DNA of 37,558 bases from positions 1 through 37,558 of IMG/VR virus record IMGVR_UViG_3300023220_001050. One strand, 5' to 3'. The DNA is from a virus. Lineage: Duplodnaviria > Caudoviricetes. Position numbers and translations under genes: made by a program. The notes under the pieces are model-generated. The model did no database searches. It saw only the letters and a program-made list of their open reading frames with translations, and had not been told where the DNA came from. Positions within the stretch are counted from its first letter, which is position 1, and each line of letters opens with the position of its first letter. This document shows positions 24,710 through 34,010 of the stretch, piece after piece.

Positions 24710-25857
24710 TCTTCTTCTTCACATATGAGATGTGTGGGGTCTTTATAAAGGTTAGGGTCACCAACGAACGGGATCGAGAATAGGAACTGTATTGATATGT
24801 TTTTGATATTGATCAATGCTTTGTCCAAGTCCTCGTAACGTAGGTGCTCAAGCAAGTCATAGCAAATTACTAGGTCTTGTGGGTCTTCATCGAGTTCCAG
24901 GATATCCCCCACATGGATATTTGTTTTATATGGATTACGTTTAACTATCCAATCGTCCTTATCAATTCCCTTTGCGCGGATACCTATCTGGCTGGCCGCG
25001 TATACACGTTGGCCGGCACCGCAGCCCAAAAACAGAGCATTCTTCGGGTTGAACAACTTCTTCATAGCTATGACGTCCTGGTAGTGTTTGGCCTCAAGAG
25101 CCATTCGGGTGTGGAAATATTGCCGACTCCTAAGGTTCTCCAAGTGGAACTTTTTCAAGATGACGCCTGGTAGGTCTGCCGGGTTTATTTGCTGTGTTGG
25201 GTATCCTCCCATGACGTGAGCGTCCTTCCACTTCTTGAGGAAGCTCGGGGTGTGGAGCTGTTGTATCTTCATATCTCTTTCGTACTTCTCCGCTATCTTG
25301 TGCAGGTGCTTGACGTAGCCGAAGTGGAAGATCCGGACGTCTTCTATCTCTGCGAGTTTGAACTCTTTCTTGTTCTTCAGTATGGCGTGGTTAACTCCCT
25401 CGAAACAGAACAGGTCTTTGTCGTTGCGTACGAGGCGGCCGGCGTGCCAATGCTTTTTCACCATGGCGTCTTCCTCCGCTAGGTGGTTAATCAAATGGTG
25501 ACTACGTATATTATATGCATCAAAGTTATATGTCTGTAGTGTTTTCTTTAATTGGGCTGCGTTATCTGACATCACTTCATCGCCATCTAGAAACAGTACG
25601 AATTCTTGGGTGGCGAGTTCGAAAGCGTAGCTTTTCTGCTCTGTGCCGGTAGTCCAGGTCCTGGTTTCGATATTGGTTTTTGGATGGTCTGCGAGTGTTT
25701 CTTTGATGATTTCTTCTGTGCCGTCCTTACTACGTGGGTCCATGACTATGACTATCTCGTCGGCCACGTCTTTGATTGAGAGGAGGCTTTCGCGGATGTA
25801 TTCTTTCTCGTCACGAACGATGTAGGCAACGCTAAGAGTTGGTGTTTTCTTTGACAT
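24547..25857 (-). CDS. GT2 glycosyltransferase fused to a class I SAM methyltransferase domain
   Basis: 'LSVAYIVRDE', 'FLDGDE', 'HFGY'; C-terminal 'LGCGAG', 'DLLEHL', 'DPTH'. Confidence 0.85.
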   Translation of the reverse strand: MSKKTPTLSVAYIVRDEKEYIRESLLSIKDVADEIVIVMDPRSKDGTEEIIKETLADHPKTNIETRTWTTGTEQKSYAFELATQEFVLFLDGDEVMSDNAAQLKKTLQTYNFDAYNIRSHHLINHLAEEDAMVKKHWHAGRLVRNDKDLFCFEGVNHAILKNKKEFKLAEIEDVRIFHFGYVKHLHKIAEKYERDMKIQQLHTPSFLKKWKDAHVMGGYPTQQINPADLPGVILKKFHLENLRSRQYFHTRMALEAKHYQDVIAMKKLFNPKNALFLGCGAGQRVYAASQIGIRAKGIDKDDWIVKRNPYKTNIHVGDILELDEDPQDLVICYDLLEHLRYEDLDKALINIKNISIQFLFSIPFVGDPNLYKDPTHLICEEEEWWKNKLKQHGFRIKPTPEWFPYHKQIIIADIAKKDSQHTNQQKENIAVKNAQQ

Positions 25858-26023
25858 ATGCTACCACCTCCAGGTATACTCTGGCTTGGGTTCTTAATTC
25901 GAAGTAGTCCACTAACATTTCTGGCTTTATTTTACCATTGCATTCTTTTAGTATTTCTGCTTCGCTCATCCTTATCCTGGCCATTGTATTGAAATGCTGT
26001 ATTAGTTGTTGGTCCAAGCTCAT
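25832..26023 (-). CDS. Hypothetical protein
   Basis: 63 aa from MSLDQQ; in operon. Confidence 0.5.
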   Translation of the reverse strand: MSLDQQLIQHFNTMARIRMSEAEILKECNGKIKPEMLVDYFELRTQARVYLEVVAYVKENTNS

Positions 26024-26027
26024 CTTC

Positions 26028-26450
26028 TTATTTCCATTTTTGGTATGTTCTTTCGTAAGTCGTGAACGGTTTGACATTAGTAAGCGGCGTGAGCACGGTT
26101 CCTTTCTTGATCGTCACACCGCAACCAATAACGCAACCTGTCCCGATGAATACTCCGTCTTCGATGACGACATCCGCACTAACGGGTTCGTGTCCCGTGA
26201 CGTATTTGTTATGTCCTTTCTTGCTAAGCCGCGGCATGGATGTGTAGATGGTGACGTTCGGAGCGATCGTCACGCCCGACCCTATGATTATTCTTCCTTT
26301 CCCTACCGCTGTGAAGTTGATGGAGATGTGGGTGTCTTCGCCTATGAGCATCTCGGTGTAGACCTTTGAGCCGTCTCCCATGTCTCCAGCGCCAAGCGTG
26401 GTTACCTTCTTGAGGACTTTGACGTCGTGGAACTTAAACTGTTTTGACAT
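26028..26450 (-). CDS. Hexapeptide-repeat (LbH) acyltransferase
   Basis: 'IGSGVTIAPNVTI', 'VVIEDGVFIGTGCVIGCGVTI'. Confidence 0.85.
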   Translation of the reverse strand: MSKQFKFHDVKVLKKVTTLGAGDMGDGSKVYTEMLIGEDTHISINFTAVGKGRIIIGSGVTIAPNVTIYTSMPRLSKKGHNKYVTGHEPVSADVVIEDGVFIGTGCVIGCGVTIKKGTVLTPLTNVKPFTTYERTYQKWK

Positions 26451-27297
26451 TTTTGAACCTCTCTTTGAACTCGCCAAACGCCAGCCCTAGGCCGTATTCG
26501 AATTTGAATCCGGCGTTCATGAGCTTCTCGTTGTTGACCGCGTAGCTCGGCTGCACCTTGTTGCTCTGCAGGTGGTGTATCTTGACTTCGGGAACCCACT
26601 CCTGGATCCTCATAGCCAGCTTGTTAAGGGTTGTGTTTTCGTGCGCCACGTGGAATACGCCTTGCTCATCGCTATGAGTAAGGTAGTAGAGTGCTCGGGC
26701 CGTGTCGCGTACGTGGATCATGGGACGAGTGTTACGACCATCCCCGAAGATCTTTATAGGCTTGCCGAACAAGGCGTTGAACATGAACGTGTTCCCGACA
26801 GGGGCGTAACGCATGTTCTCAGTATAACCGTAATTCATACCGAAACGGCAAATTAAGTAGTTGTGGTGTTCTTCCTCTAACCATTTCTCCACCGCCCTCT
26901 TGCTCCCGCCATAAGCCGAAGCCGTCAAAGGAATGTCTTGTTCGTGGTGGATACGGCCTTTGCGGTTCCCGGCCCACACGTTACAAGTGCTTGCGAATAC
27001 GTATTTCTTGCTCTTTTTCGCTATCTCTATGGCTAATTCCCTGTTGATCCTATCTATTGACATCACGTTCAGACTGGCCGTGTTAGTGATGGCGGCTAAG
27101 TTGTATACCGCGTCGAAGCTTTCTATATCCCAATCCTGGTATGTTTCGAGACTCGCGACGATGTAGGTGTGTTTAGGGAGTGGCCTGGTTGGGAGTTTCA
27201 TATCGACCACGGTTACCGTGTGGTCCGAGGCGTGGTAGAGCTCCTGTAGGGCTCTTCCGATGTAGCCTTCTCCGCCTACGATGAGGATTTTTCCCAT
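26434..27297 (-). CDS. NAD-dependent epimerase/dehydratase (extended SDR)
   Basis: 'GGEGYIG', 'NLAA', 'YGGSK', 'RPMIHVRD'. Confidence 0.9.
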   Translation of the reverse strand: MGKILIVGGEGYIGRALQELYHASDHTVTVVDMKLPTRPLPKHTYIVASLETYQDWDIESFDAVYNLAAITNTASLNVMSIDRINRELAIEIAKKSKKYVFASTCNVWAGNRKGRIHHEQDIPLTASAYGGSKRAVEKWLEEEHHNYLICRFGMNYGYTENMRYAPVGNTFMFNALFGKPIKIFGDGRNTRPMIHVRDTARALYYLTHSDEQGVFHVAHENTTLNKLAMRIQEWVPEVKIHHLQSNKVQPSYAVNNEKLMNAGFKFEYGLGLAFGEFKERFKNVKTV

Positions 27298-28223
27298 TTG
27301 TTGTATGCCTCCATTGCTATTTCTGTGACTTCTCGGTAGGGGACGCCGCTCCAGCACGGTAGGTAGAACGAGGTGTTGTAGAGGTCTTCGCTCACGGGGA
27401 GGTAATCATTGCTGTTTAGGGTGTAGCGGATCTTTGTTTGCATCTTTTTTCTTAGTTCTCTGAAGATGAAGTTTCTTTGTTTTTTGTTGCCGCATTTGGC
27501 GTTGACGATTTGGTAGTTGGTAGCGGTTACTTTTTGGAATGTGAATGGGAGACGTGCTCGGTAGTAGTCGTTGATTTTCTTCTTTTTGGCGATGACTCGT
27601 TTGTAGTTCTTTATAGCTGCGAGGCCGATGACGGCGTTGGCTTCTTGCATGCGCCCAGCCCACCTGACTTCGTTTTTGAGGACGTCGTAGAGTTCCGGGT
27701 TGTTGGTGGTGATGACGCCTCCTTCTACTGCGGTGAACGTCTTAGCAAGGGCGAATGAATATACGGAGGCTTTGGCGAACGGGTTGGCTGGGATGCCGAA
27801 ACTGTGCGCGGCGTCTACGATGAATTCCCCTCTAGTAGCCATGGAGACGTTACCGAACGTGTCCATCACGATGTTCGCTTCGCTCTTACTTCGTAGGTCT
27901 TCGTTGTGCACCACCCACGTCTCTGGGTCGACATCTAGCCATACCGGGTCGAAGCCTTGGTGGATGACTGCTGCTTTGGTGCTGGGCCACGTGTAGTCGG
28001 GGACGCCGATGTTTTTCTTCCCGGCGAACACGTGCCTGGCCGCTAGGAGCAGTCCGGTCGTGCAGCTGTTGGTGGCTACCGCGTACCTGGTTTTAGAAAT
28101 CTTGGCGCACCGCTCTTCGAACTTCTCCACGTTCTCCGAGTTGGTCCACGGACCCGTTTCGAGTAAGTTTTTGACTTGCTCCGCCACATCCAAAGAAATC
28201 GAAGGCTTACAAAATGGAATCAT
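27276..28223 (-). CDS. DegT/DnrJ/EryC1/StrS sugar aminotransferase
   Basis: 'MIPF', 'NSCTTGL', 'DAAHSFG', 'SFALAK..TAVEGG'. Confidence 0.9.
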   Translation of the reverse strand: MIPFCKPSISLDVAEQVKNLLETGPWTNSENVEKFEERCAKISKTRYAVATNSCTTGLLLAARHVFAGKKNIGVPDYTWPSTKAAVIHQGFDPVWLDVDPETWVVHNEDLRSKSEANIVMDTFGNVSMATRGEFIVDAAHSFGIPANPFAKASVYSFALAKTFTAVEGGVITTNNPELYDVLKNEVRWAGRMQEANAVIGLAAIKNYKRVIAKKKKINDYYRARLPFTFQKVTATNYQIVNAKCGNKKQRNFIFRELRKKMQTKIRYTLNSNDYLPVSEDLYNTSFYLPCWSGVPYREVTEIAMEAYNKWEKSSS

Positions 28224-28225
28224 TT

Positions 28226-28852
28226 TTAACGTAATGTAGTCGTGTGGATTCGACATTCCCCTGCTGCGTTGTCTGTGCCTTTCCATCTGCCGCTTCTTTC
28301 GTCTTCCGTTTCGTCTTCCTCAGGGTTGCTGCACGTCTTGCAGCCCAGGCTTCTGAAGCCTTCTTGGTAGAGCGGGTTGACCGGGACGTTGTATGCGGCG
28401 AGGTAACGCCACACGTCGAGTTCGGTGAAGTCCAAGATGGGGTTGTATTTCTTGAGGCCTTGGTGGGTCTCGACGTGTTTGAAACCTTTTCTGGTCTCGC
28501 CCTCGTCTTTCCTCACTCCGGTGATGATAGTCTTCTTGTTAACCACGGCTTCTTTCATCGCTTCGACTTTGGCGTCCTGGCAGCAAAGCCCGTCTTTGGG
28601 TTGGTCGTAATTGAACTGTTCGTAATCTATACTCCATTTCTGCATGATGTCTTTCTTGAGTTGTTCTGTTTCTTCGAACTCGGTGTTGCTCATCAGGGCG
28701 AACGCTTTGATAGTCATCCTGACTCTTCTGGCGATGTCGAGGAGGACCATGCTGTCTTTCCCCCAGCTTATGGCTACGGCCGCGTTTGGGTCTTCAGCGA
28801 GTGCTTGCTTTACGAGTTCTTTTGCTTTTTCTACTTTGTCTACGAATTTCAT
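28226..28852 (-). CDS. cysH: APS/PAPS reductase family protein (CysH-like)
   Basis: 'SWGKDS', 'CCQDAKVE', 'TGVRKDE', 'NPLY..GFRSLGCKTC', 'ERSGRW', C-terminal 'ECRIH'. Confidence 0.85.
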   Translation of the reverse strand: MKFVDKVEKAKELVKQALAEDPNAAVAISWGKDSMVLLDIARRVRMTIKAFALMSNTEFEETEQLKKDIMQKWSIDYEQFNYDQPKDGLCCQDAKVEAMKEAVVNKKTIITGVRKDEGETRKGFKHVETHQGLKKYNPILDFTELDVWRYLAAYNVPVNPLYQEGFRSLGCKTCSNPEEDETEDERSGRWKGTDNAAGECRIHTTTLR

Positions 28853-28859
28853 TTCATCA

Positions 28860-30023
28860 TCACTTCCATTTAGTTTTAGGTTTTAGAACCTTTTCATTAA
28901 TATGATGCTTCCAGGGCGCCAGGTCTTTAAACATCCTCTCCACTTCTTCGAAGAAGTCATGCTTCTTCAGTCCTAGCTTCTTGAGCTTGGACGCATCCAC
29001 GTTGTAGTAATGTTTTTCTGCTTCGATGCGGGGGTTCTTTACCCTATCTATTTGGATTCCGCGAAGCCCGCTTCTCGTTGCTGCTTTCTTCACCGCCAAG
29101 GCTAACTGGTTCACGTCCCTTTGCTGCTCGCACAACTGGTTGAACACTTGGTACTCGCCCTTCTTGGGTGGGTTCTCGATGTAGAGCTCGAAGCACTTAA
29201 CGGCGTCTCTTATGTTGATGAGGCCTCTTTTCTGCGTTCCTCCCCCGTAAACGGTGAGAGGGTGTTTGACCATGGCTTGGACAACGAAACGATTCAGAAC
29301 AGTGCCGAACGCCTCATCGTAATCGAACCGGCTAAGGAGGTTTGGGTTCTTCTCGCTCTCCTCGGTCGTCACCCCGTACACGATACCTTGCATCATGTCC
29401 GTCGCTCGAAGTTTCCATATCTTGCAGGCGAACGCTGTGTGTTGGCTTTCCGAAACTTTAGCCCAATGGTAGAAACTTCCCGCTTGACGCGGAAATGGAA
29501 GCACATCCTTTCTACCTCTGAATTCTACTTCGAAAAAACCCTCAGGTATATCTATGTTTGGAGTGCCGTATTCCCCCATGGTTCCCATCTTGATGAGGTG
29601 GGCGTCTGGGCAGTGCTTTTTCATAGCCCATAGGAGTTCGAGATTGATCATGACGTTGTTACGAGTGGTGTATACCGCGTTGTCGGCGGAAGCCATACTG
29701 TAAGGAGCTGAGGGTATCTGTGCGAGGTTTATGATGACGTCTGGTTTGTGTTCTTGTAGGATGCGGTTGAGGATTCTTGGTTTGGATAAGTCGAAGTGTA
29801 GGTATTTGATGTTGCTACGCATGAAAGTATTTTCATATGCGAAAATACGTGCTTCCATTGGGAGGATTGGTGTGAGGCTGTCGCTTTCCCATTCCGCCAC
29901 GAGCCTGCGCCTGGTCCCGTCGTCTACTCCGATGATGAGGCCGTCGTTGCGGACGCCTAGGTGCATGGCGAGGTTCCAGCCGATGTAGCCATCGACTCCT
30001 AGGATCAGTATCTTCTTATTCAT
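28860..30023 (-). CDS. sqdB: UDP-sulfoquinovose synthase (SqdB/SQD1/Agl3 family)
   Basis: 'GVDGYIG', 'PSAPYSM', 'KMGTMGEYGTPNIDIPEG', 'SFYHWAK', 'QGIVYG', 'RFDYDEAFGTVLNRF', 'NPRIEAEKHYY'. Confidence 0.92.
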   Translation of the reverse strand: MNKKILILGVDGYIGWNLAMHLGVRNDGLIIGVDDGTRRRLVAEWESDSLTPILPMEARIFAYENTFMRSNIKYLHFDLSKPRILNRILQEHKPDVIINLAQIPSAPYSMASADNAVYTTRNNVMINLELLWAMKKHCPDAHLIKMGTMGEYGTPNIDIPEGFFEVEFRGRKDVLPFPRQAGSFYHWAKVSESQHTAFACKIWKLRATDMMQGIVYGVTTEESEKNPNLLSRFDYDEAFGTVLNRFVVQAMVKHPLTVYGGGTQKRGLINIRDAVKCFELYIENPPKKGEYQVFNQLCEQQRDVNQLALAVKKAATRSGLRGIQIDRVKNPRIEAEKHYYNVDASKLKKLGLKKHDFFEEVERMFKDLAPWKHHINEKVLKPKTKWK

Positions 30024-31095
30024 TTATTTCCTCTAGTGCTTTGGTGAGTTTCTGGGCGGCTTTCCTCCAGGTGTATTCTTCTGCTTTCTCCCTAGCTTTG
30101 AGGGCTTTAGCGGCTACTTCTTCTCTGTTTTCGAACGCTCGGCGCATAGCTTTACGTAGCTCGGCGTTGTTTGGCGTGGCCCATTTGATCCCTTCGTATG
30201 CTAGTTCGTTTTTGACTTCTTCTAATTTGTATGGGATGAGCCAACCGTTCTCTTCGTTTACGAAGTCTGTTTGGCCTCCGAAGTCGGTTGCGATGACTGG
30301 CAGGCCGCAACTCATAGCCTCCAAGCAAGGCAGGTTGAAAGCCTCAGCTTTGGTAGGGGAGACGAACACGTCACCTCGGTAGAACGATGGCATCTTCTTA
30401 TAGTCCACGTTGTCCAGGGAGATATGGATCTTTGGCCGGTCTTCAGGAAGTTTGAGTTTGTTCATTTCCACTTGGAGGTTCCATCCAGGGGGGCAGTAAG
30501 CGGGGTTGATCTTGACTCGGAGCTGGACTGTTTCGTCTTTCCCGAATTCTTCCGCGAAGGCCTTGAATAGGTATTGTATCCCTCCTCGGTCGTGGATGCC
30601 TTTGGCCCAGCCTTTGTTGGCTACGAACGTGAATGGCTGTCCTTCTTTCTTTTCTTGTACTTTGAACAGGGCTGTGTCGACACCGTGAGGCACGACCACT
30701 ATCTTAAGATCTTTATCTAATGCATGAATAGCTCGTTTGGTGTGTTCACTAGGAGCCACGACCAAGTCAGCTTTATTGAGATGAGGAAGGAAATGTTTAG
30801 GTATCGTGTCGCCTTCCCACACGCAACACCCAACGAACTTCTTGTGTGGTTCGACCATGCCTGCTGGCCACCAATGCGGTTGCGCTATCATGAAGGTGAC
30901 GCCATATGGGTAACGTGTTTTCGTGATAGCGGCAAACTCCGCGTCGTTAGCTAAAGCTTCGAAGCCGGGCTGTACCGGGATGTCAAGATAGATGTCGCTG
31001 TTGTTCTCCCATAGAGCGTTGAAGAGTGATCTGCTATGCCTCCCGTAGCCGCTATGGCCGAAGAAGTCCGTTCCTACTAAGTTTATCTCTACCAT
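30016..31095 (-). CDS. GT4 (GT-B) glycosyltransferase
   Basis: 'SGYG', 'VVPHGVD', 'EAFNLPCLEAMSCGLPVI'. Confidence 0.9.
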   Translation of the reverse strand: MVEINLVGTDFFGHSGYGRHSRSLFNALWENNSDIYLDIPVQPGFEALANDAEFAAITKTRYPYGVTFMIAQPHWWPAGMVEPHKKFVGCCVWEGDTIPKHFLPHLNKADLVVAPSEHTKRAIHALDKDLKIVVVPHGVDTALFKVQEKKEGQPFTFVANKGWAKGIHDRGGIQYLFKAFAEEFGKDETVQLRVKINPAYCPPGWNLQVEMNKLKLPEDRPKIHISLDNVDYKKMPSFYRGDVFVSPTKAEAFNLPCLEAMSCGLPVIATDFGGQTDFVNEENGWLIPYKLEEVKNELAYEGIKWATPNNAELRKAMRRAFENREEVAAKALKAREKAEEYTWRKAAQKLTKALEEINE

Positions 31096-32013
31096 TTACA
31101 TCTCCTTGCTGTATATGCAATTAGTCTCTTTTTCCAAGCCATCAAGTTTTCCTTCATCGCCTATGCCGAGCTTCTTATTGTAATCCTGGATGAAGTCACC
31201 GACTTCTTTGTATTTCTCTTTCACCCACCTGTTGAGCGCTATCTGGTTCATCTTGCTTTGGTCACCCGCGTCGGGGTAGCTACGCTCACCACCGCTAGGA
31301 GTCCTGAAGTGGAGCGCCTCAGCCCCGGTGTGTACTCCTATTTTGAACCCTGCGAGGATGGCTCTGAATGAGAAGAATTGTTCTTCACGGAAACCGTGAC
31401 CGGTCATCCACGTCTCGTACTTGACTTTCTCACATACTCCTTTTGTCATGAGTGCTGCGCTTCTAAAATGGTGTGTTGGGATTACCTCGCTCTCGATGTA
31501 GGTGTGGCCGCAATCATCACCATTCACGACGAAACGCCCATCGCCATCAAGCACGACACGGTTGATCACGGGCTTGACGAAACGCGTCTCGCGAGGAGCA
31601 TCCGCGTTACCGAGATTAGGGGTGGTTCCAGAGACGATGTCATACCCTTCCTTCAATGCCAGAAGAAGTAATCTGAGGTAATCAACCTCGAGAACGGTAT
31701 CGTCATCTACTCGTAAAACGCACTCTCCCCTCCCGTTCGTCACCACGTGATCGGTGACGTATTGCCTAGCCCTCGCAACCCCTATGCTCTTCTCCATTCT
31801 GAGGATATCCACCCGGTGACCCTCAAGTTTGAGACGCATAACGAGTTGTTGAATGTAATTATGGCTGCCTACTGGTTGACGGCTCCCATCATCTAAGATG
31901 AACACGTCGAATAATTGGTGAGTCTGTGTGCGCAGACTCTGCAGGAGCAGGGCGAGCTCGGTGGGCCTGTCCCGCGTGCAGATAGTCACGTCTATAAAGT
32001 TATCTTTTTCCAT
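31096..32013 (-). CDS. GT2 (GT-A) glycosyltransferase
   Basis: 'ICTRDRP', 'DDGS', 'RVDDD', 'REE'. Confidence 0.88.
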   Translation of the reverse strand: MEKDNFIDVTICTRDRPTELALLLQSLRTQTHQLFDVFILDDGSRQPVGSHNYIQQLVMRLKLEGHRVDILRMEKSIGVARARQYVTDHVVTNGRGECVLRVDDDTVLEVDYLRLLLLALKEGYDIVSGTTPNLGNADAPRETRFVKPVINRVVLDGDGRFVVNGDDCGHTYIESEVIPTHHFRSAALMTKGVCEKVKYETWMTGHGFREEQFFSFRAILAGFKIGVHTGAEALHFRTPSGGERSYPDAGDQSKMNQIALNRWVKEKYKEVGDFIQDYNKKLGIGDEGKLDGLEKETNCIYSKEM

Positions 32014-32356
32014 TGATTTCCTCATAATGTTCTATATTATGACAGCTCTTACATAATGTTTCCAAATTAGAAAAATCATTATTTTTCCTATTTCTATCTT
32101 TGTGATGTAAAACTAGGAATCTATCTGAATCACATCTTTCACATGCATCTTTTTTAAATGATTTAATATCTGTAGAATACAATCCATGTTTTAGATTTAT
32201 ACCTTTATTCCATCCAGGGACATTTCTACATATCATAGAGCAGAATCTTCTTTTTCTTGGTCCTTCTTTTGTTTTAATAAGTTCATAACAAGTTTCGCAA
32301 TTAACAACACATTCAGGCCAGATCCTTCGTTTACTATTACTTTCTGCTATACTCAT
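32000..32356 (-). CDS. HNH endonuclease inserted in the glycosylation operon
   Basis: 'CERC...LHHKDRNRKNNDFSNLETLCKSCHNIEH', 'GWNKG'; AT-rich. Confidence 0.85.
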   Translation of the reverse strand: MSIAESNSKRRIWPECVVNCETCYELIKTKEGPRKRRFCSMICRNVPGWNKGINLKHGLYSTDIKSFKKDACERCDSDRFLVLHHKDRNRKNNDFSNLETLCKSCHNIEHYEEINGKR

Positions 32357-32357
32357 T

Positions 32358-33560
32358 TCATAATTCCCTCAAAAACTTTTCCCACATCGGCACAACTATC
32401 TCCCAGCTATAGTTTCTAAGAACTTTATTACGGCCCGTTTTGCCGAGGTGTTCTCTCGTCTCGGGCTCCTTGTAAAGCTTGTTAAGAGCTGCCACACATG
32501 CTTTGATGTTCATGATCGCCCTCTCAACGACCCATGAACCCGTGATCTCTGCGATGGCCGGTACGGGTAGACCGCAAACACCATCATCAAGCAATAACTC
32601 TTTCGTGGTGGTGTACTCGGTAGCTACGACCGGGATTTGGCACCCTAAGGCCTCTATTATAGGAATGCCAAAACCCTCGCCGCTCGTTGTTAGGAGAAAG
32701 ATATCCATCGCGTTATACACCTTGCACATGTCCTTGTAATCCAAGCCCTCGAAGTATCGTATATCGCTAAAGAACACCCTGTTCTGCAGGTTGTGCCTGG
32801 AGATGAGGAATCTGATGTCGAAGATGGCCGCGCCATCGAACGGGTCACAATGCATGTAAAGCACGGCTTCCGGTTTGTCTTTACAGAACTCTGCGAAAGC
32901 CTTAACGGTACGGTCAAGCATCTTACGGCCCTGATTCCTGGCTACGGTGCCGACGACGAACCGTCCTGCGAGTGCTCCTGTGACTTTCGTCCCGGCCACG
33001 GTTTTGACAGTCATGTTTTGCCGTATGAGTTCTTTCTCTTCAGGCCCGACTGGGTGGTAAAGGGCTGTGTCGATAGCGTGAGGGATGTAATGGGTGTCCA
33101 AGCCGTGCACTTCTTTGGCTTGCTTCTGGGCGAACTTGCTCATAGCGACCGCCCTCGTGACGTATTTGAGGATTTGATCGCAGCCTTGTGGTAGTCCTCC
33201 TCCTCCGTCTGAGGGGAAGTAGAAGAACGTTTTTGCTGGTGAGAAGTTGAGATCGAGAAGCCAGGGGTAAAGCATGAAGGTGTCTAGGAGTATGCCGAAG
33301 TAGTGGGGTTTGTGTTTTTGTACTCTTGCTTGGAGGACGTCTTTGTTGTATTGTTCCCGCCCGTTCCCGTAGAGCCAGAAGTCGAGTTTGGTGCCGTCCG
33401 CTAGGGTGAGTCCTGGTGGTAGTGGTTGTCCGACGTAGTTGTGGGCGTACGCTATACAATCATAATTTTTAGATAAGCCGTTGAGGACGTTGCGCGTGAT
33501 GGTACCATACCCCGTGCAGGTAAGAGGGGAATCGCTGAGCCAACATAGCTTTTTTCTCAT
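32358..33560 (-). CDS. GT4 (GT-B) glycosyltransferase
   Basis: 'SDSP..TGYG', 'VARNQGRK', 'EGFGIPIIEA'. Confidence 0.9.
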   Translation of the reverse strand: MRKKLCWLSDSPLTCTGYGTITRNVLNGLSKNYDCIAYAHNYVGQPLPPGLTLADGTKLDFWLYGNGREQYNKDVLQARVQKHKPHYFGILLDTFMLYPWLLDLNFSPAKTFFYFPSDGGGGLPQGCDQILKYVTRAVAMSKFAQKQAKEVHGLDTHYIPHAIDTALYHPVGPEEKELIRQNMTVKTVAGTKVTGALAGRFVVGTVARNQGRKMLDRTVKAFAEFCKDKPEAVLYMHCDPFDGAAIFDIRFLISRHNLQNRVFFSDIRYFEGLDYKDMCKVYNAMDIFLLTTSGEGFGIPIIEALGCQIPVVATEYTTTKELLLDDGVCGLPVPAIAEITGSWVVERAIMNIKACVAALNKLYKEPETREHLGKTGRNKVLRNYSWEIVVPMWEKFLREL

Positions 33561-33721
33561 TTTTGTGGTCTGGCTCCGCTTTGTAGAATGATGTGTGGTC
33601 CTGAAGAGACGATATGGAAGAATGTGCGTTCGTGTTTGTAGACGATGTGTTGTGGTATTGTGATGCCATACGAGTCGCCGGTTCGGTTCTTTGTGGTTAG
33701 TCGTCGTAGTTTGTATAGCAT
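33557..33721 (-). CDS. AbrB/MazE/SpoVT-like DNA-binding protein, 54 aa (not in ORF track)
   Basis: MLYKLRRLTTKNRTGDSYGITIPQHIV...; G.S.GITIP signature; ATGA overlap with GT4; leaderless. Confidence 0.65.
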   Translation of the reverse strand: MLYKLRRLTTKNRTGDSYGITIPQHIVYKHERTFFHIVSSGPHIILQSGARPQK

Positions 33722-33730
33722 CAAAGAAGG

Positions 33731-33754
33731 ATTATATAATTACATCTATAAATA
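33731..33754 (-). promoter_or_regulatory. Glycosylation-operon promoter with downstream ATTATATAAT palindrome
   Basis: Minus TTTATAGA box about 26 nt before the ATG at 33721; ATTATATAAT at 33731-33740. Confidence 0.6.
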
Positions 33755-33778
33755 ATTTCTTGAAAACTTTTGAGTAGT

Positions 33779-33793
33779 AAAAAAAAAGAAAAA
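33779..33793 (-). terminator. Oligo-T terminator ending the tail/lysis operon
   Basis: T runs on the minus strand just after the stop at 33804. Confidence 0.55.
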
Positions 33794-33803
33794 GGGGCTC
33801 GGT

Positions 33804-33992
33804 TTACTTGAGCCCGGTATTTGTAAACCATACACGCAGAACGACGTTAACCAAACCGCCAACCAAAACCAAAGCCTCAGGATTGAGCACTGGCACATCA
33901 GTCAACAACTCCAAACCCAAAGCCAGAGTCGTCACCACGTTAAACCATAACGTTTTGCTTTTCCACCAATTCTTATTTTTATGCGAAACCAT
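33804..33992 (-). CDS. Holin-like two-TM protein
   Basis: 'WWKSKTLWFN', two hydrophobic segments, last gene of the tail operon. Confidence 0.65.
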   Translation of the reverse strand: MVSHKNKNWWKSKTLWFNVVTTLALGLELLTDVPVLNPEALVLVGGLVNVVLRVWFTNTGLK

Positions 33993-34010
33993 TTTTATTA
34001 TACCTCCAAT

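Noticed and set aside
33469-33669. 66-aa track ORF
   Set aside because: The overlapping frame 33557..33721 has an AbrB signature, proper promoter spacing and ATGA coupling
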